Origin: Octopus sinensis
Taxonomy: Eukaryota
Length of the DNA: 64,000 nucleotides
Direction: 5' to 3'
NCBI RefSeq assembly: GCF_006345805.1
Contig: NC_043006.1
Coordinates: forward strand, 93,558,001 to 93,622,000
The translations under genes were made by a program, and so were the position numbers. Each line of letters opens with the position of its first letter. Position 1 is the stretch's first letter. Below the pieces are notes generated by a model, which searched no databases, was not told where the DNA came from, and was given only the letters and a program-made list of their open reading frames with translations. Shown here in pieces: positions 26,046 to 37,999 of this stretch.

Positions 26046-26484
26046 TTATATGTATATATATATATATATTTCCCTCGTTGAACTTTTGAATTTCTGAATT
26101 TTTTCTTTGAAATTTTTCTTCTCTTTTTATAAATTTTGTGTGGTTTACAGTTTTTGTAATTGTGCAGTTTGTATGCATTGCCAGGTGCTGACCTCCATAA
26201 TTTTTTTTTCTTTATCGTGCATTTAATTGAGTTGTTACAATAAAAGGCACCTTTAAATATTCGGACAGTTAGTGACAAAAGAAAGATAAAATCTCAACAC
26301 AAAATTGTAGATATTAATGTTTTAAAATTCAATAAAGATGATCTTTTGCTTCTCCGAACAGAAAAAAAAACTGTAGTGTTCTTAGAATAAGAAGGATGCT
26401 TATATTTTCGAATACTCAGGGAGAAAGGAAAGGAAGTGTATTCACAGAAGATGTAGATATTAAAGTTTTTTAAAGCTGATCTTT

Positions 26485-26518
26485 TGTATTATTATTATTA
26501 TCATTATCATCATCATCC

Positions 26519-26593
<75 letters not shown>

Positions 26594-26607
26594 CATTATT
26601 ATCATTA

Positions 26608-26641
<34 letters not shown>

Positions 26642-26770
26642 AATAGTATTATTATCATTATTATTATTGTTGTTATTTTTATTATTATTATCATCATCAT
26701 CATCATTAGTCACAATAGTAGTAGTAGTAGTATAGTAGTAGTAGTAGTAGTAGTAGTAGTGTTATCAGTT
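26485..26770. repeat. (ATT)n/(TAG)n microsatellite just 3' of transporter copy 1
   Basis: Direct reading. Confidence 0.95.
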
Positions 26771-26857
26771 TCATTATCATCTTCTGGAAGGAAATAAAAA
26801 CAAAGTTCTTTTTAAATGGTTTTGAAATATCGTTCTTTGGAATGTGGCCATTCTTTA

Positions 26858-27018
26858 TCATTTATTACCAATATTAATCACAGAATATGTGAGTGTTTGC
26901 CTAGTTAGTAGTTTGCTAAATAAGAACGGAATTAAAATGGGTTGAACCGAAAGAATTGGTCCGATCCCGATCACATAGTAGCTGTATTCGTAAGTGTTCA
27001 TGTATTCTGAGAAGATTC
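26858..27018 (-). CDS. SLC16/MCT-like MFS transporter copy 1, last coding exon (TM12, stop)
   Basis: Acceptor tttgcag|GA; GIFSEYMNTYEYSYYVIGIGPILSVQPILIPFLF...IGNK*; phase 1 matches the upstream exon. Confidence 0.85.
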
Positions 27019-27122
27019 CTGCAAACAACAAGAACAAGAAGAGCAACATTAAAGACGAGTCACCAGATTTGAATATTCAATAAATAAATAAATCAAATTT
27101 ATTTCTAATCATTAACATCTAA

Positions 27123-27320
27123 GGTAAGGCGTCAAGCGCCGGACAAAATGCTTAGCGGTATTTAGTTCGTCTTTACATTCTGTGTTCACCAACCACCGAG
27201 GTCGATTTTGCCTTTCACCTTTTGGAGGTCGATAAAATAAGTACCCGTTCAGCAATGGGGGGTCAATGTAATCGATTTACCCTTCCCCTGTACTCGCTGG
27301 CCTTGTGTCAAACTTTCAAA
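27123..27320 (+). mobile_element. SINE (AAGGCG-headed family)
   Basis: GAGGTCGATTTTGCCTTTCACCTTTTGGAGGTCGATAAAATAAGTACC core; homologous copy at 57085. Confidence 0.75.
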
Positions 27321-28661
27321 CTAATATCTATGTTAAGCACTGTCTCGTGTGTTCGTATTCATAGGGCCCGTGAACCGGTTTCCGAGGTTCAGAAATGATC
27401 GAGAGCACAACATCTGCCCACCCCACGTGGCGGAACGCCAATCCATCCCAGTGTTGCTACATTTACAGGTGAGTTGATTGGAGCAGCGAGAAATAAATTG
27501 TGTTGATCACTAACGAAACATCTGGATCGAGAATCGAAACCAAGCTCTTGTGATCGTGAGTGTGTCATAGCCTAACCACTAGGCCACGCACGTTCACATT
27601 AATATATATATATAATTGTCACAAACACACACACGCACGCACACTCACACACACACAAACACACACACAATGGAACGCGTTGGTTTCGGCGATGAGCTGT
27701 CAATTGCTCAGTCGATTAAACTGCTCTTTCATTGTATTAACGTGTGAAGTGGTTGAATGCACCGCAGACCCGTGTGCTCTTAAATTATTCTTTCGGCAGA
27801 TTCCACATGATAATGCATGTGGCAAGGATGGACATTTGAATTACAGTTACAATCTACCACTGAACGGGCTTCCGCACAGTTCTATATATCTAATTCCACA
27901 CACGATCCTTGGTCGACTGGAGGCTTCAGTAAAAAGGCCTGAAATGCCATGCAATGGGCTTGGTTTGAACCCGAGATCTTGTAATTATAGAACAAACTTC
28001 ATTGCTATACTATGAAAGACGGCATGAAATTGTCTGAACGTAAAAGAAAAATTGCCCACATGCTACAGCGTGTGCTAAAACACGAGATCTCGTGATTATA
28101 AAGCAAAATTCTGAGCCATTCAGTCATACTATGCAGGAATGAAAAATATCTTTATCTCCATGGAAACTTGAAGAATCTCTTGTAGAATATATATTCTCAT
28201 AAATTGTTAGAGTTAAGTCATAAGAATTGTGAAGATATGACCGGTTTGTAGGTTTTTACACTGATTAACGAAAATCGTTTATCTACAAAAACGTTATTTC
28301 TTATATTTCATTCGATTCAAATGTTTCTCTATAAAATACTATAATTGCTGACCGGGGATTACTTCAGCAACATTCATACGGGAATGAGACGTTTTGGCAC
28401 AGCCGTTTTAGCACCACCTATTTGGCATCGCTAATTCGATGCTGACTTATTTGACAACCAACGTGTAAACGTTTCTATCGTTCTCTTCATCTCTGTCTGT
28501 CTGTCTCTGTCTCTCTCTCCCTTTCTCTCTATTTATCTGAGTAATTGTACTCCTCCTTCTGTGTATGAGGAGAGGAGAAACATTTATGACAACTGTGCTG
28601 AATAAATTGTAATTTCTTTTCTTTCTCTCCTTCTCATCCTTCAACACATACATGATAAGTA

Positions 28662-29588
28662 TTGGGTCATCCCATTAATAAAGCGGTTTTTTCAATTGCA
28701 TGAACTAAAAGTCGGATGGGGACAGGATTAACAACCTGCATCAACTTGCTATAAAAGCAGGTAGTAATTTTAGCTTGTGCTTATTTTTAGTGCATGTTTT
28801 GAAGAGTGTAGATCGATTTTAACAGTTATTTTTCCAAAGCTGTAATGGAATTGACAAAGGAGCATATTCGGCATATTTTGATTTATGAGTTCAATAAAGA
28901 CAACAACGCAACGGAAAGTGTGAGGAATATTCATGCAGTCTATGGGGATCGGACAAAAACGTAAGCCAGTGTCAACGGTGGTTCCAGAAATTCTGAGCCG
29001 GAACTACAGCCTAGAAGACGAGTCTCGTCCTAAAAGATCTGTAGAGCTCAACGAGGATGTCCTGAAAACCCTGGTGGAATAAAATCCCATCGTAACTGTT
29101 GTGGAACTAGCAGGGAAGCTTGAATTTGGTCGTTTAACCATTCATCGACACCTGTATGCCATCGGGAAATGTCCATTCTTGGTTTCAAGACGAAAGGTAT
29201 TCTTCCATCAGAATAATGCTCGGCGACATAAAGCGATAATGGTATCCCAAAGGCTGGAGCAGTTTGAATAGGAAGCGATGCCCCACCCATCATATTCGCC
29301 AGACATTGCCTCACCTGATTACCATTTATTCCGCATTCTTCAAAATCATTTGGACGGAAAAATATGAGTTTTGTAGACGAGGTCAGAACAGTACTGGAGG
29401 AGTATTATTTTGTCATGGACAATTGAATTTTGGAAGAGGGCCCTTCCAATCTTCCAGGTAGATGAAAGAGCATTGTAGAAAATGAAGGTGAGTATCTTTT
29501 AGATTAAAAAAAAAAAGAACTTTCTTTATCTTAATTTTAATAGTAAAAGAACTATAAAAAAGACCGCCTTATTTCTTGGATGAACCAA
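28662..29588 (+). mobile_element. Internally deleted mariner element with TA TSD, in an intron of copy 1
   Basis: Imperfect ~27-bp TIRs (TTGGGTCATCCCATTAATAAAGCGG / TTGGTTCATCCAAGAAATAAGGCGG); TA at both ends; MELTKEHIRHILIYEF and PHPSYSPDIASPDYHLF remnants. Confidence 0.85.
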
Positions 29589-29660
29589 TACATATGTAAT
29601 CACAACGGTTGTAACTTAGTATATTTTGAAATATGGATAATAAAAATGTTACATATTTAC

Positions 29661-30764
29661 CTATCAGATATCCAAAAGTTAAAATGCCGATTCCAATTAC
29701 GGTTTCTCCAAATCCCATACTTATCGAAAAATATCCGATTTCGAAGTAATCCATAATAGTTACAAGATATGTAGAGAATATGAGTCCATTTGTGAACATC
29801 ACAGCAAATGTTAGCAAAGTCAAATATGTTGAAGTGGACAAAGAGGGATAAACACAGATCAGTAATCCGCTCATGGTGGCTGCAGTACTAAATATAATCC
29901 TACTTGGAACAATGTTTTTATGTATCAACCAACTCGAGAAGAAACATGCCAAGACATAACCGAACGATCCCACTGAAAATATACGGGCACTTTCTGCTTG
30001 ACTCAGCCCTTGTTGTACGCAATAATCAGGTAGGATAGCTATTGTTGTTATGACACTACTGTAAGTTATAAAAATTGCGAAAAGGAATAAAAGAAAATTG
30101 AAATTTGTTAAAACTGTAACGATTTTTGCAGAAAATTTCGAATCAGATTTTCCTTCCGTTTGAACCTTATCACTTCGAACATCAGTCTCCTTGTCCTCAG
30201 ATTTTATAGAATTTATAGCTGTCTCTTCGATACCCAAAGAATCTTCTTTGTCAGGTTGTGTATTATTTATAACAAATGGTTCATTGTCATATTTTAAGGT
30301 CTTAATAACAGCCTCACGAATATATTTTTCATGTGTATTGATGTCTTCGTTATGATTCAAGGCTGTATTATTCTCTTCGGATATTTCCAGTTTGTTCGAT
30401 ATCGTTTCATCCTGAACGTCACCAACATTTTGAAATTGTTCCACAGAAACGTTTGAATCCGACTTATACAAATCATTCGGCGCGTTACTTTCACTTACTG
30501 CCAAAGTTTCTCTCCGCGTGTTTTTATACATATCCGTAGAATATATGAGAGCACATGGCAGAGTTTGTATGAAAGTAGCAGCCAGGAGAAGAAGACTTCC
30601 ACGCCAGAACATGAGTTCAATGAAGTAATTGGTAAGGATTGGGAAAATTGTATATCCAAGAGCTTTCCCGACCGCAGCAAATGCAATTAATTTACGACTG
30701 TCTTCACCGAAATAAGCTGCTAATCCAGCATTTGCTGATAGACTGAGAAATGAAGAACCACTTC
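29661..30764 (-). CDS. SLC16/MCT-like transporter copy 1, large 1104-bp exon (TM4-TM11 plus long acidic loop)
   Basis: taacag|GA...ATA G|gtaaat; open frame GSGSSFLSLSANAGLAAYFGEDSRKLIAFAAVGKALGYTIFPILTNYFIELMFWRGSLLL, matching the MCT-type YF..R..A....G...P.....WRG pattern. Confidence 0.9.
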
Positions 30765-30879
30765 CTGTTACAGAAGATATAAAAACAAACAGAAATTAAG
30801 AAGTAGTTACTAAGTTAATCCAAGGCTTCTAATAATCTTAATTTAGTGGCCGTGATGAGTAGCCTTGCATCTATATTGA

Positions 30880-31470
30880 AATTAAAGTTTATAACATTTA
30901 AAGTTTATGCCAAGTTCAAATATGGAAATTTTGACCTCAAAGACGCACCTCGTTCTGGCCGTCCAGTTGAGTTCGATGAAGAGCGATTAGACCAACTTTT
31001 GAATGAACATTCTCGTCAAACGACAAGGAAACTGGCAGAGAAAATGGAATGCTCCCACACTTCTATATAGGATCATCTTCACTCGGTGGGAAAGGTTCAG
31101 AAGTATGGAGCATGGGCTCCACATGCTTTTAAGTGGCAAGAACAACGACCCACAATTTCCGCTAGTTTGCTTGCTCGTCACTGCTCAACTCATGGACGCA
31201 AGCAACGATTTCTATACCGAATCGTTACTGGCGACGAAAAATGGGGCCTGTACATCAATATGAAGCAGTTTCAGGAATAGCTTAGCCCCGGTAAACAAGC
31301 GACACCGCGCGTGAAACAAGATCTTCATCCGCGTAAAACGATGTTGTGCGTATGGTGGGACTGGGAAGGGATTATCCATTACGAATTGCTTGAACAGAAA
31401 CAAACGGTCAACGCAGAACTCTATGTTCCACAGATGGAACGACTCAACACGCTTATTCAAGAGAAAATAA
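30880..31470 (+). mobile_element. Truncated mariner transposase fragment
   Basis: FDLKDAPRSGRPVEFD, WAPH (WVPHEL-like), RIVTGDEKW, MLCVWWDWEGIIHYELL; stops and frameshifts. Confidence 0.85.
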
Positions 31471-31765
31471 ATTACATGTAAATTATTTTGACAAACATAG
31501 TGATATATAAGGAGTAGTTATATTTCTAAATGTGAAAAAAGTAGACCTGACGATTGGGAGTGCGTAAACATAATGAGTTTTGGAAAGAGACTTTGTGTCT
31601 TAACATTATCATACGTACCCTCATGATACACGTGTAGTTCGTAATATGAAAATTTTGGGATTATTAATATGAATAGTAAGTATATTACTTAACATTTTAT
31701 GACTTGGTTGAGTTAATATCGTTTGAAGTTGATTAAGTTGTGGGTGTGTCTATCTCTAACAATAT

Positions 31766-31826
<61 letters not shown>

Positions 31827-31835
31827 ATATATATA

Positions 31836-31976
31836 TATGAATAAATGAAAGAATAGAGTCGAACGACGATTTTAACAAAATTCCTTTTTAGGAATATGCA
31901 GCCTTCGAAACATATGTCGAGAGTAAAGGAATTTTGTTAAAATCGTCGTTCGACTCCATTCTTTCATTTATTCATA
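31836..31976. repeat. 52-bp near-perfect inverted repeat with a 37-nt loop containing a hammerhead 3' remnant
   Basis: Arms 31836-31887 and 31925-31976 differ at one position; loop contains CCTTC-GAAA-CATATG-TC. Confidence 0.9.
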
Positions 31977-32123
31977 GTTAAAAAAACACACAAATTTACA
32001 CACGAGAACACGGGATCCCTGCCCTTGGCATATAGCTTCAACCGTGTTTTCTGACGTGAATTTGCTACCCAGGTATCGGTTAACCGAATTATCCATACTA
32101 GGATAATTCATTCACCTTCTTAT

Positions 32124-32173
<50 letters not shown>

Positions 32174-32408
32174 CGTGTGTGTGTGTGTGTGTGTGTGTAT
32201 GCATATATATATAAATATATATATATGTATGTATGTATATATGCATACATGCATATACGTACATGCACATATATATATTTACATATGTGTGTGTTTGTGT
32301 ATGTACGTGTGCGTGTACGTGTGCGTGTACGTGTGCGTGTGCGTGTGTGTGTGCGTGTGTGAAACGTTTGTTCGTGAAGGCTTTACTAAATCACTGGGCA
32401 ATACAAAC

Positions 32409-32552
32409 CTGATAAAATGCTGAAAAATCCCAATAAAACATAGATACTCGAAGAGAACGATGGCGTGCCAATAGAAAGGGCAAAACAAAGGCTTCCCACG
32501 ATGCCAATGGTTCTTACGCCAAATTTAGTGAGAAATATTCCAGTCATGAAAC
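32409..32552 (-). CDS. SLC16/MCT-like transporter copy 1, 144-bp exon (TM2-TM4)
   Basis: ctcttag|GT...TCA G|gtttgt; FMTGIFLTKFGVRTIGIVGSLCFALSIGTPSFSSSIYVLLGFFSILS; identical exon length in copy 2. Confidence 0.88.
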
Positions 32553-32659
32553 CTAAGAGCCAAAAGGAAGAGAATAGTTGTTTAATGATTAATTGGGATT
32601 CAGTTATTTATGGGTTAAAATATTGTTAATGATATTTTAATTATCAATAATTAATTAAC

Positions 32660-33355
32660 AACCTTGCAGAAGGTTGGACACGAGCCTTCCTTAGAGGTGG
32701 TGAATTATCATGCTTCCATTGCTTCGGCTGGACTTTAGTCTGAAGACCATAGTGATGGACCCGATTTATCCTCTGTGATAAGTCTGCTGATGCAGACTCC
32801 TCGTTTTCTTGGCACACTGCCAAAACTGCCTGGGAGCAATTGACTCGTTCCTGCTTCTGAAAAGGGGTGAGTATCCGAGGAATCCACCGTGTAGACGACT
32901 TTCGCATGTGCAAATGTGAATGATTTGTTTTTTCCACAGACTATACGCTTATCTTCACTTCTTGTGTTAGTTACCGAAAAGATATGCGGCAATGTTCCAG
33001 AATGGCGGCTTTCATTTTATGGATGATGACGGAATGTGGTCATCCAGGAATAGGAACAGTTTCACACCGATGTCTAACTATATTTGAACTGGTGGTGCCA
33101 GTGTTTGACCACATCGTACGATGGTGCATTGTAACCATAAGGTATTTCTTGGTGTACGACATTTCATGTATAAGAACCTAATCCCTGCCCTGCATTCAAC
33201 GGCATCCATTGTAACACCCGAGTCCACTTCAGCAGCCGTAAGCTTCAATTTACAATGTGACAAGTAGAGACATCTACCATTATGCCTGTACAGGTTGCAT
33301 TTACTGCAGTAACCGGAAGTGGGTCAGGGAAAATCTTTTAAGGACACCTCTCGTG
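32660..33355 (-). mobile_element. Truncated mariner element (different subfamily)
   Basis: MDAVECRAGIRFLYMK, RWIPRILT (WVPRLL-like), KVQPKQWKH...RKARVQPSA; 5' terminal CACGAGAGGTGTCC. Confidence 0.75.
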
Positions 33356-33356
33356 T

Positions 33357-33800
33357 GTATATATGTATGCATGTGTGAATGTATGAATGAATGCATGTAT
33401 GTATGTATGTATGTATGTATGTATGTATGTATGTATGTATGTATGTATGTATGTATGTATGTATGTATGTCTGCATGTTTATGCGTGTATATATGTGTGT
33501 ATGTATGTGAATATGTATGTATGTGTATATGTATGTGTGTGTATGTATGCATGTATGAATTTATGTATGAGTGTATGTATGTATTATGCATGTGAGTATG
33601 TATGTGTATACGTATGTTTGTATGTATGTTTTTATGCATGTGAATATGTATGTATGTGGGTATATGCAAGTATATATGTATGTATGTGTGTGTATGTATG
33701 CATGTCTGTCTGTATGCATGTATGCATGTATGCATGTATGTATGTATGTATGTATGTATGTATGTTGTATGTATGTATGTATGTATGTATGTATATGTAT
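33357..33800. repeat. (TATG)n degenerate microsatellite
   Basis: Direct reading. Confidence 0.95.
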
Positions 33801-34227
33801 GTATGTTTGTATGTATGCGGTGTTGTTATTTCAGTTTCCATCAAACAAATCCATGCAGAATGCATTTGTTGGCCCGGGGCTATTTTAGAAGTCAATTTAC
33901 CAAAGCAGTGCCGTGCAGTACGATAGAACCTGGAACCATGTGGGTGCGATGCGAGCTTCTTACCACATAGACACTCCTGTGCCTAGATTGCTAGATTATC
34001 TTTTCCATATTTGCTGTCCTCCAAGTTGTCTCGATGCAACAGTTTTGAATGAATCAATGTTCTCAATCTATTTGATGTTTGTCAGTTACTCTCTAAACTA
34101 ATTATTCAAAATTGTAAGGAATTCATATAATTATACTTGTTTTGAATATTAAACAAACTGGAAGAACAGATGGGCTATGACTGCTATTAATGATCAAAGC
34201 GGGTACATACCGACAATAGGTACTTAC

Positions 34228-34427
34228 TAACAAGACCAAATACACTTGGAGGTAAAAATACTATCAAAAGCACGAGATTGTGTAAGTCCGGAAAAACCTT
34301 CTTGAATTCTACGAGGTAAATTGGTAGAACAGCGATGAAACCAAATACTAATATGTTAGTAACAAAAACGGAAAATACTACCAAAGCAGCGACGATGGCC
34401 TCTTGCACGGATCGTTTCTTGGTTCTG
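34228..34427 (-). CDS. SLC16/MCT-like transporter copy 1, exon encoding TM1-TM2
   Basis: Polypyrimidine acceptor ttctttctctttccag|cag; RTKKRSVQEAIVAALVVFSVFVTNILVFGFIAVLPIYLVEFKKVFP...FGLV A|gtaagt; phase 1 joins the next exon. Confidence 0.8.
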
Positions 34428-34544
34428 CTGGAAAGAGAAAGAATCAAATTTTTATTTAGTATAATATGGAAACTGTCAGAGATACAGTATAGAGTAGCGG
34501 GATGAGAGGAGGGGTCAGAGTAAGAAGCATTTAGTTATGTAGGG

Positions 34545-35521
34545 TATTAGACTGCGGCCATCCTGGGGCACCGCCTTGAAGAAGTTAACTCCAACGAGTT
34601 AAGCTTGTTACTTTTTCTATCGGTCACTTTTGCTGAACCACTCGTTTAGGGGCACATAAATACATTAACACTTGTTGTGAAGCGTTGGTGCTGGAAAAAG
34701 GGCTGCAATGACAGGCAAACACACACACACAACATATGGTGGCTGCCCCCTCGTTATCAAGTATGGCCACTGCACGAAGCTTAATCAATGTTGTTATCGT
34801 GCAATGCCTGTGCAAGAAGATTTTTTTTTAAGTGAGGAAAGGCTGTGCACAGAGTCAATCCCACTCACTAAGCAACAGCGGCCATAATCCGAAAATAAGA
34901 ACAAGTTAACATCATCGGTAATCACTGAGCCGCAGGTTTTATGTCGGAGTTATCCCAGTTACCTGAGTTACTTTCTCCTAGAAGGATGCCCTAACAAAGG
35001 CTAGGAGTCCTTCACTCCCAATGGTTTAACCGTGCGATCGGGTATTCAGTCCAATTATTTCTATATCCCCGCGCATGATACATCCTTAAGACGTTTATTG
35101 GATGGCCGTTGACTCTCAAAAGTTCCTCCGCCCTTTGACGGGTTTTGTTTTTCATCCCGCAGGGTGTCCAATAAACACCCTCCTCACCAAGCAAGCTTGG
35201 TGGGGTTGCCGGTTTAGTTGCCGACGACCCGACCATGCAACAGGTTGAACTGGGTTACATGTTACCAGTAGCACTCGAAAGTGACCTGACATAAACATAT
35301 ACATATGTATATACACACATATACATATATACGCGCGCACATACACACACATATATGCTGTGGGCTTCTTTCGGTTTCCATTTACCACATTCATTCACAA
35401 GACTTTGGTCGACCTGAGGCTGTATTAATTTACACTTGCCCAAGGTGTCAAGCAGTGGTACTGAACCCAGAGCAATTTGGTCGGGAAACAAATGGCTTAT
35501 CCCACAGCCACACCTGCGCCT
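34545..35521 (-). mobile_element. Old SINE copy (5134-5573 family) split by an inserted element
   Basis: Tail half at 34545-34737; head half at 35294-35521 ending CAGCCACACCTGCGCC. Confidence 0.7.
34738..35293 (-). mobile_element. ~555-bp non-coding element resembling an RTE-type 5'UTR derivative
   Basis: GGGCATCCTTCTAGGAGAAAGTAACTC motif recalled from RTE 5'UTRs (not searched); candidate 7-bp TSD AACATAT at 34731 and 35294. Confidence 0.5.
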
Positions 35522-37124
35522 ATATTGAGTTCGTAGAATCGTCAGGGTGTGGAAATAATTGCTTTCGGTATATCTTCTGGTTCTATAAATTCTGTGTTCA
35601 AATCCAGCTCAGATGAACTCGATCAATAAATAAGTGTACCAATCAAGTACTGGAGTCGATATAATCGACTAACCCCCACCCTCACCCCTTAAGATTGCTG
35701 TGGTCGAACTTAAACAAGACACTAATTTTTCGTTCGCCTCTTTGTGCCCAGAGTTCAAAACCTACTGAGCTCAACTTTACCCCTGTTTTCTAACATTAGC
35801 TCAATCCGAGTTTCAAATCTATCCTGGTTGAATTTCTTTTCTTTATTGTTAGGCAATCGGTTGGTTATTGAGTTTATTTAAACAGTATAGATTGATGATT
35901 TTGGAGATAATTAATTGAAATACAAACATATTTTGGCAGGAAGGAAAGAAAGAAAAAACATTAAAATTATAAAATATCAAATTATCAAGAATCAAACCCA
36001 AAAATCGTGGGGTGAATTAAAGAGCAAAGGATGGAGGTGGAGATAGTAACAGTTTGTGCACCTTGAACGAAATGGTGTGTTCAGCCACACCTCGTAGGCA
36101 TGATTGGCCCGGAGTATGGCCAGCGGCACTCACTGCAACAACCACCCCACCTCGTAGGACTAATTTCACATTTTATACTTGAGCTCTGATATACACATGC
36201 CAGCTAGGTCATCTTTGCCTTGTAATTAATCGAGATGTGAAAAGCAAAACATATTAATTAGATATAAGTATTGCTTTTGCATAATTATATTTAGTGCGCC
36301 TACAAAAACAGCTTTCAAACTATTAATATCTCGAATATTTTATTCATGAAATTTGCCATTATCTTATCACCTAAGTATTTACAGTCATTTCTGACTATGA
36401 ACGAGATTTTGTCTGGTTCGGTATCATATTACTATCTTCCAATTAATGCCAATCACAACGGCTTTTATAATCCTAGACAATGTCTTTAGGTAGACTTTAT
36501 GTAAAACTCTACACTTGAAACAGATTCTCACCCGCCTCGTTTATTTGTTTATTGTATGACATGATATCGGACTTCACTTGTAAGCTCCTAAAGTGTTGTG
36601 TTTAAAGTAGAAAGAATGGAGGTGGAGGGCTTGCAAAGTCATTAGAGTGTCTGAAGACATACTTTGTGTTATTTCTTCCGGTTCTTCACGTAGTGAGTTC
36701 AAACGTAGCAGTGGTCAAGTTTGCCTTTCATCTCGGTCAAATTCTGGGGTCGATGTCATCGAGTAACTCCATCCACTAGAATATCAACATTCGAAACTTG
36801 TATACGATAAAAACAGCAGAATCGTTAGAACGTCGGAGAATAATGTCCATCAGTATATCACATGGCTTTGCGTTCTTCGTTCAAATCATGCTGAGGGCAT
36901 CTTTTCCATCGATCCTGTCGAGGTCAATGAAATAAAGTTCAAGCGAAGTATTCAGATTGGGGAGTGGTCATTTTTCTGATTTTCATAAATTGAGTAAAGT
37001 AGTTGAAGGAATTTTCAGAAATGCTTCAATTTGACCAATGCGTTCGTAGATATCACCGATCTCCAAAAAATAGCATTTTTATCTTTCTGATTTGGCTTTG
37101 CATATTGTAATTTATTTATACATC

Positions 37125-37181
<57 letters not shown>

Positions 37182-37999
37182 TTAATCCACCCCTAAAAAG
37201 GGGAAAACACAAGAAAAACACAACGCGAGGATGTGGTACATGCAAAGTATTAGCAGACATTCAAGGAAAGAAAGAAAATTAGCTTTACGTTTCCAGCAAA
37301 GCAGAAAACGGAGGAAACTACAAGAGAAAAGGAAGACGAAGGGGAAAATCGCCAACGCTCCACACGTGGTTGCATTTTGAACGTTTCTATAAAACTCATG
37401 GAAACAGAAAATAATCGGATAACTACAAAACTTTTGGTAGAATTTGAAAAAGTTATGTCGATATATTTTGAATATACTAGTTAAGCAGTAGTGTGACACC
37501 AGACCTCATGCATGAAGGATCGGTGTGGAACTGAAGGTGAGGTGTTGCCAATGCTTCAAAGGGTTTGCGGAAAAAAACACACTTACTGAAATGAGCTAAT
37601 CAAATTTGGCACCTCTTATATTATGGGGCAGTCTCAAAACTTTTTTGCGCACTAAGCATGGGCTTCATGTGTATATTTTGGGAATGTTTGCAGTACGTTT
37701 CTCGTGTCTTACTAACCTGTTCAAAACGGTAGGGGTGGAGGAAACTATTTTCATTTTCAGACTCTACATATTTCAAAGCATATAATACTACACTTTCCAC
37801 GGAAAATGGGTGAAGGTGGAACACACGGAAATCCACACACACACAAACACAACCTCGGTTTGTGTATGTGTTTGTGTGTGTCTGTGTGTGTGTGTGTGTG
37901 GCAGGTAACGCTGTGTAAGTGCTATAGGAACACCGCAGTTAAACTCTCGGTTTGATAATGATACGAGTGAGGAACCTAATGCGGGTCTTGCATGAGTAT

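Noticed and set aside
29569-30612. Single-exon 347/350-aa proteins with a signal peptide (MFWRGSLLL...)
   Set aside because: These ORFs are internal parts of a spliced exon; the apparent signal is TM6 of the MFS protein and the C-termini are intron read-through.
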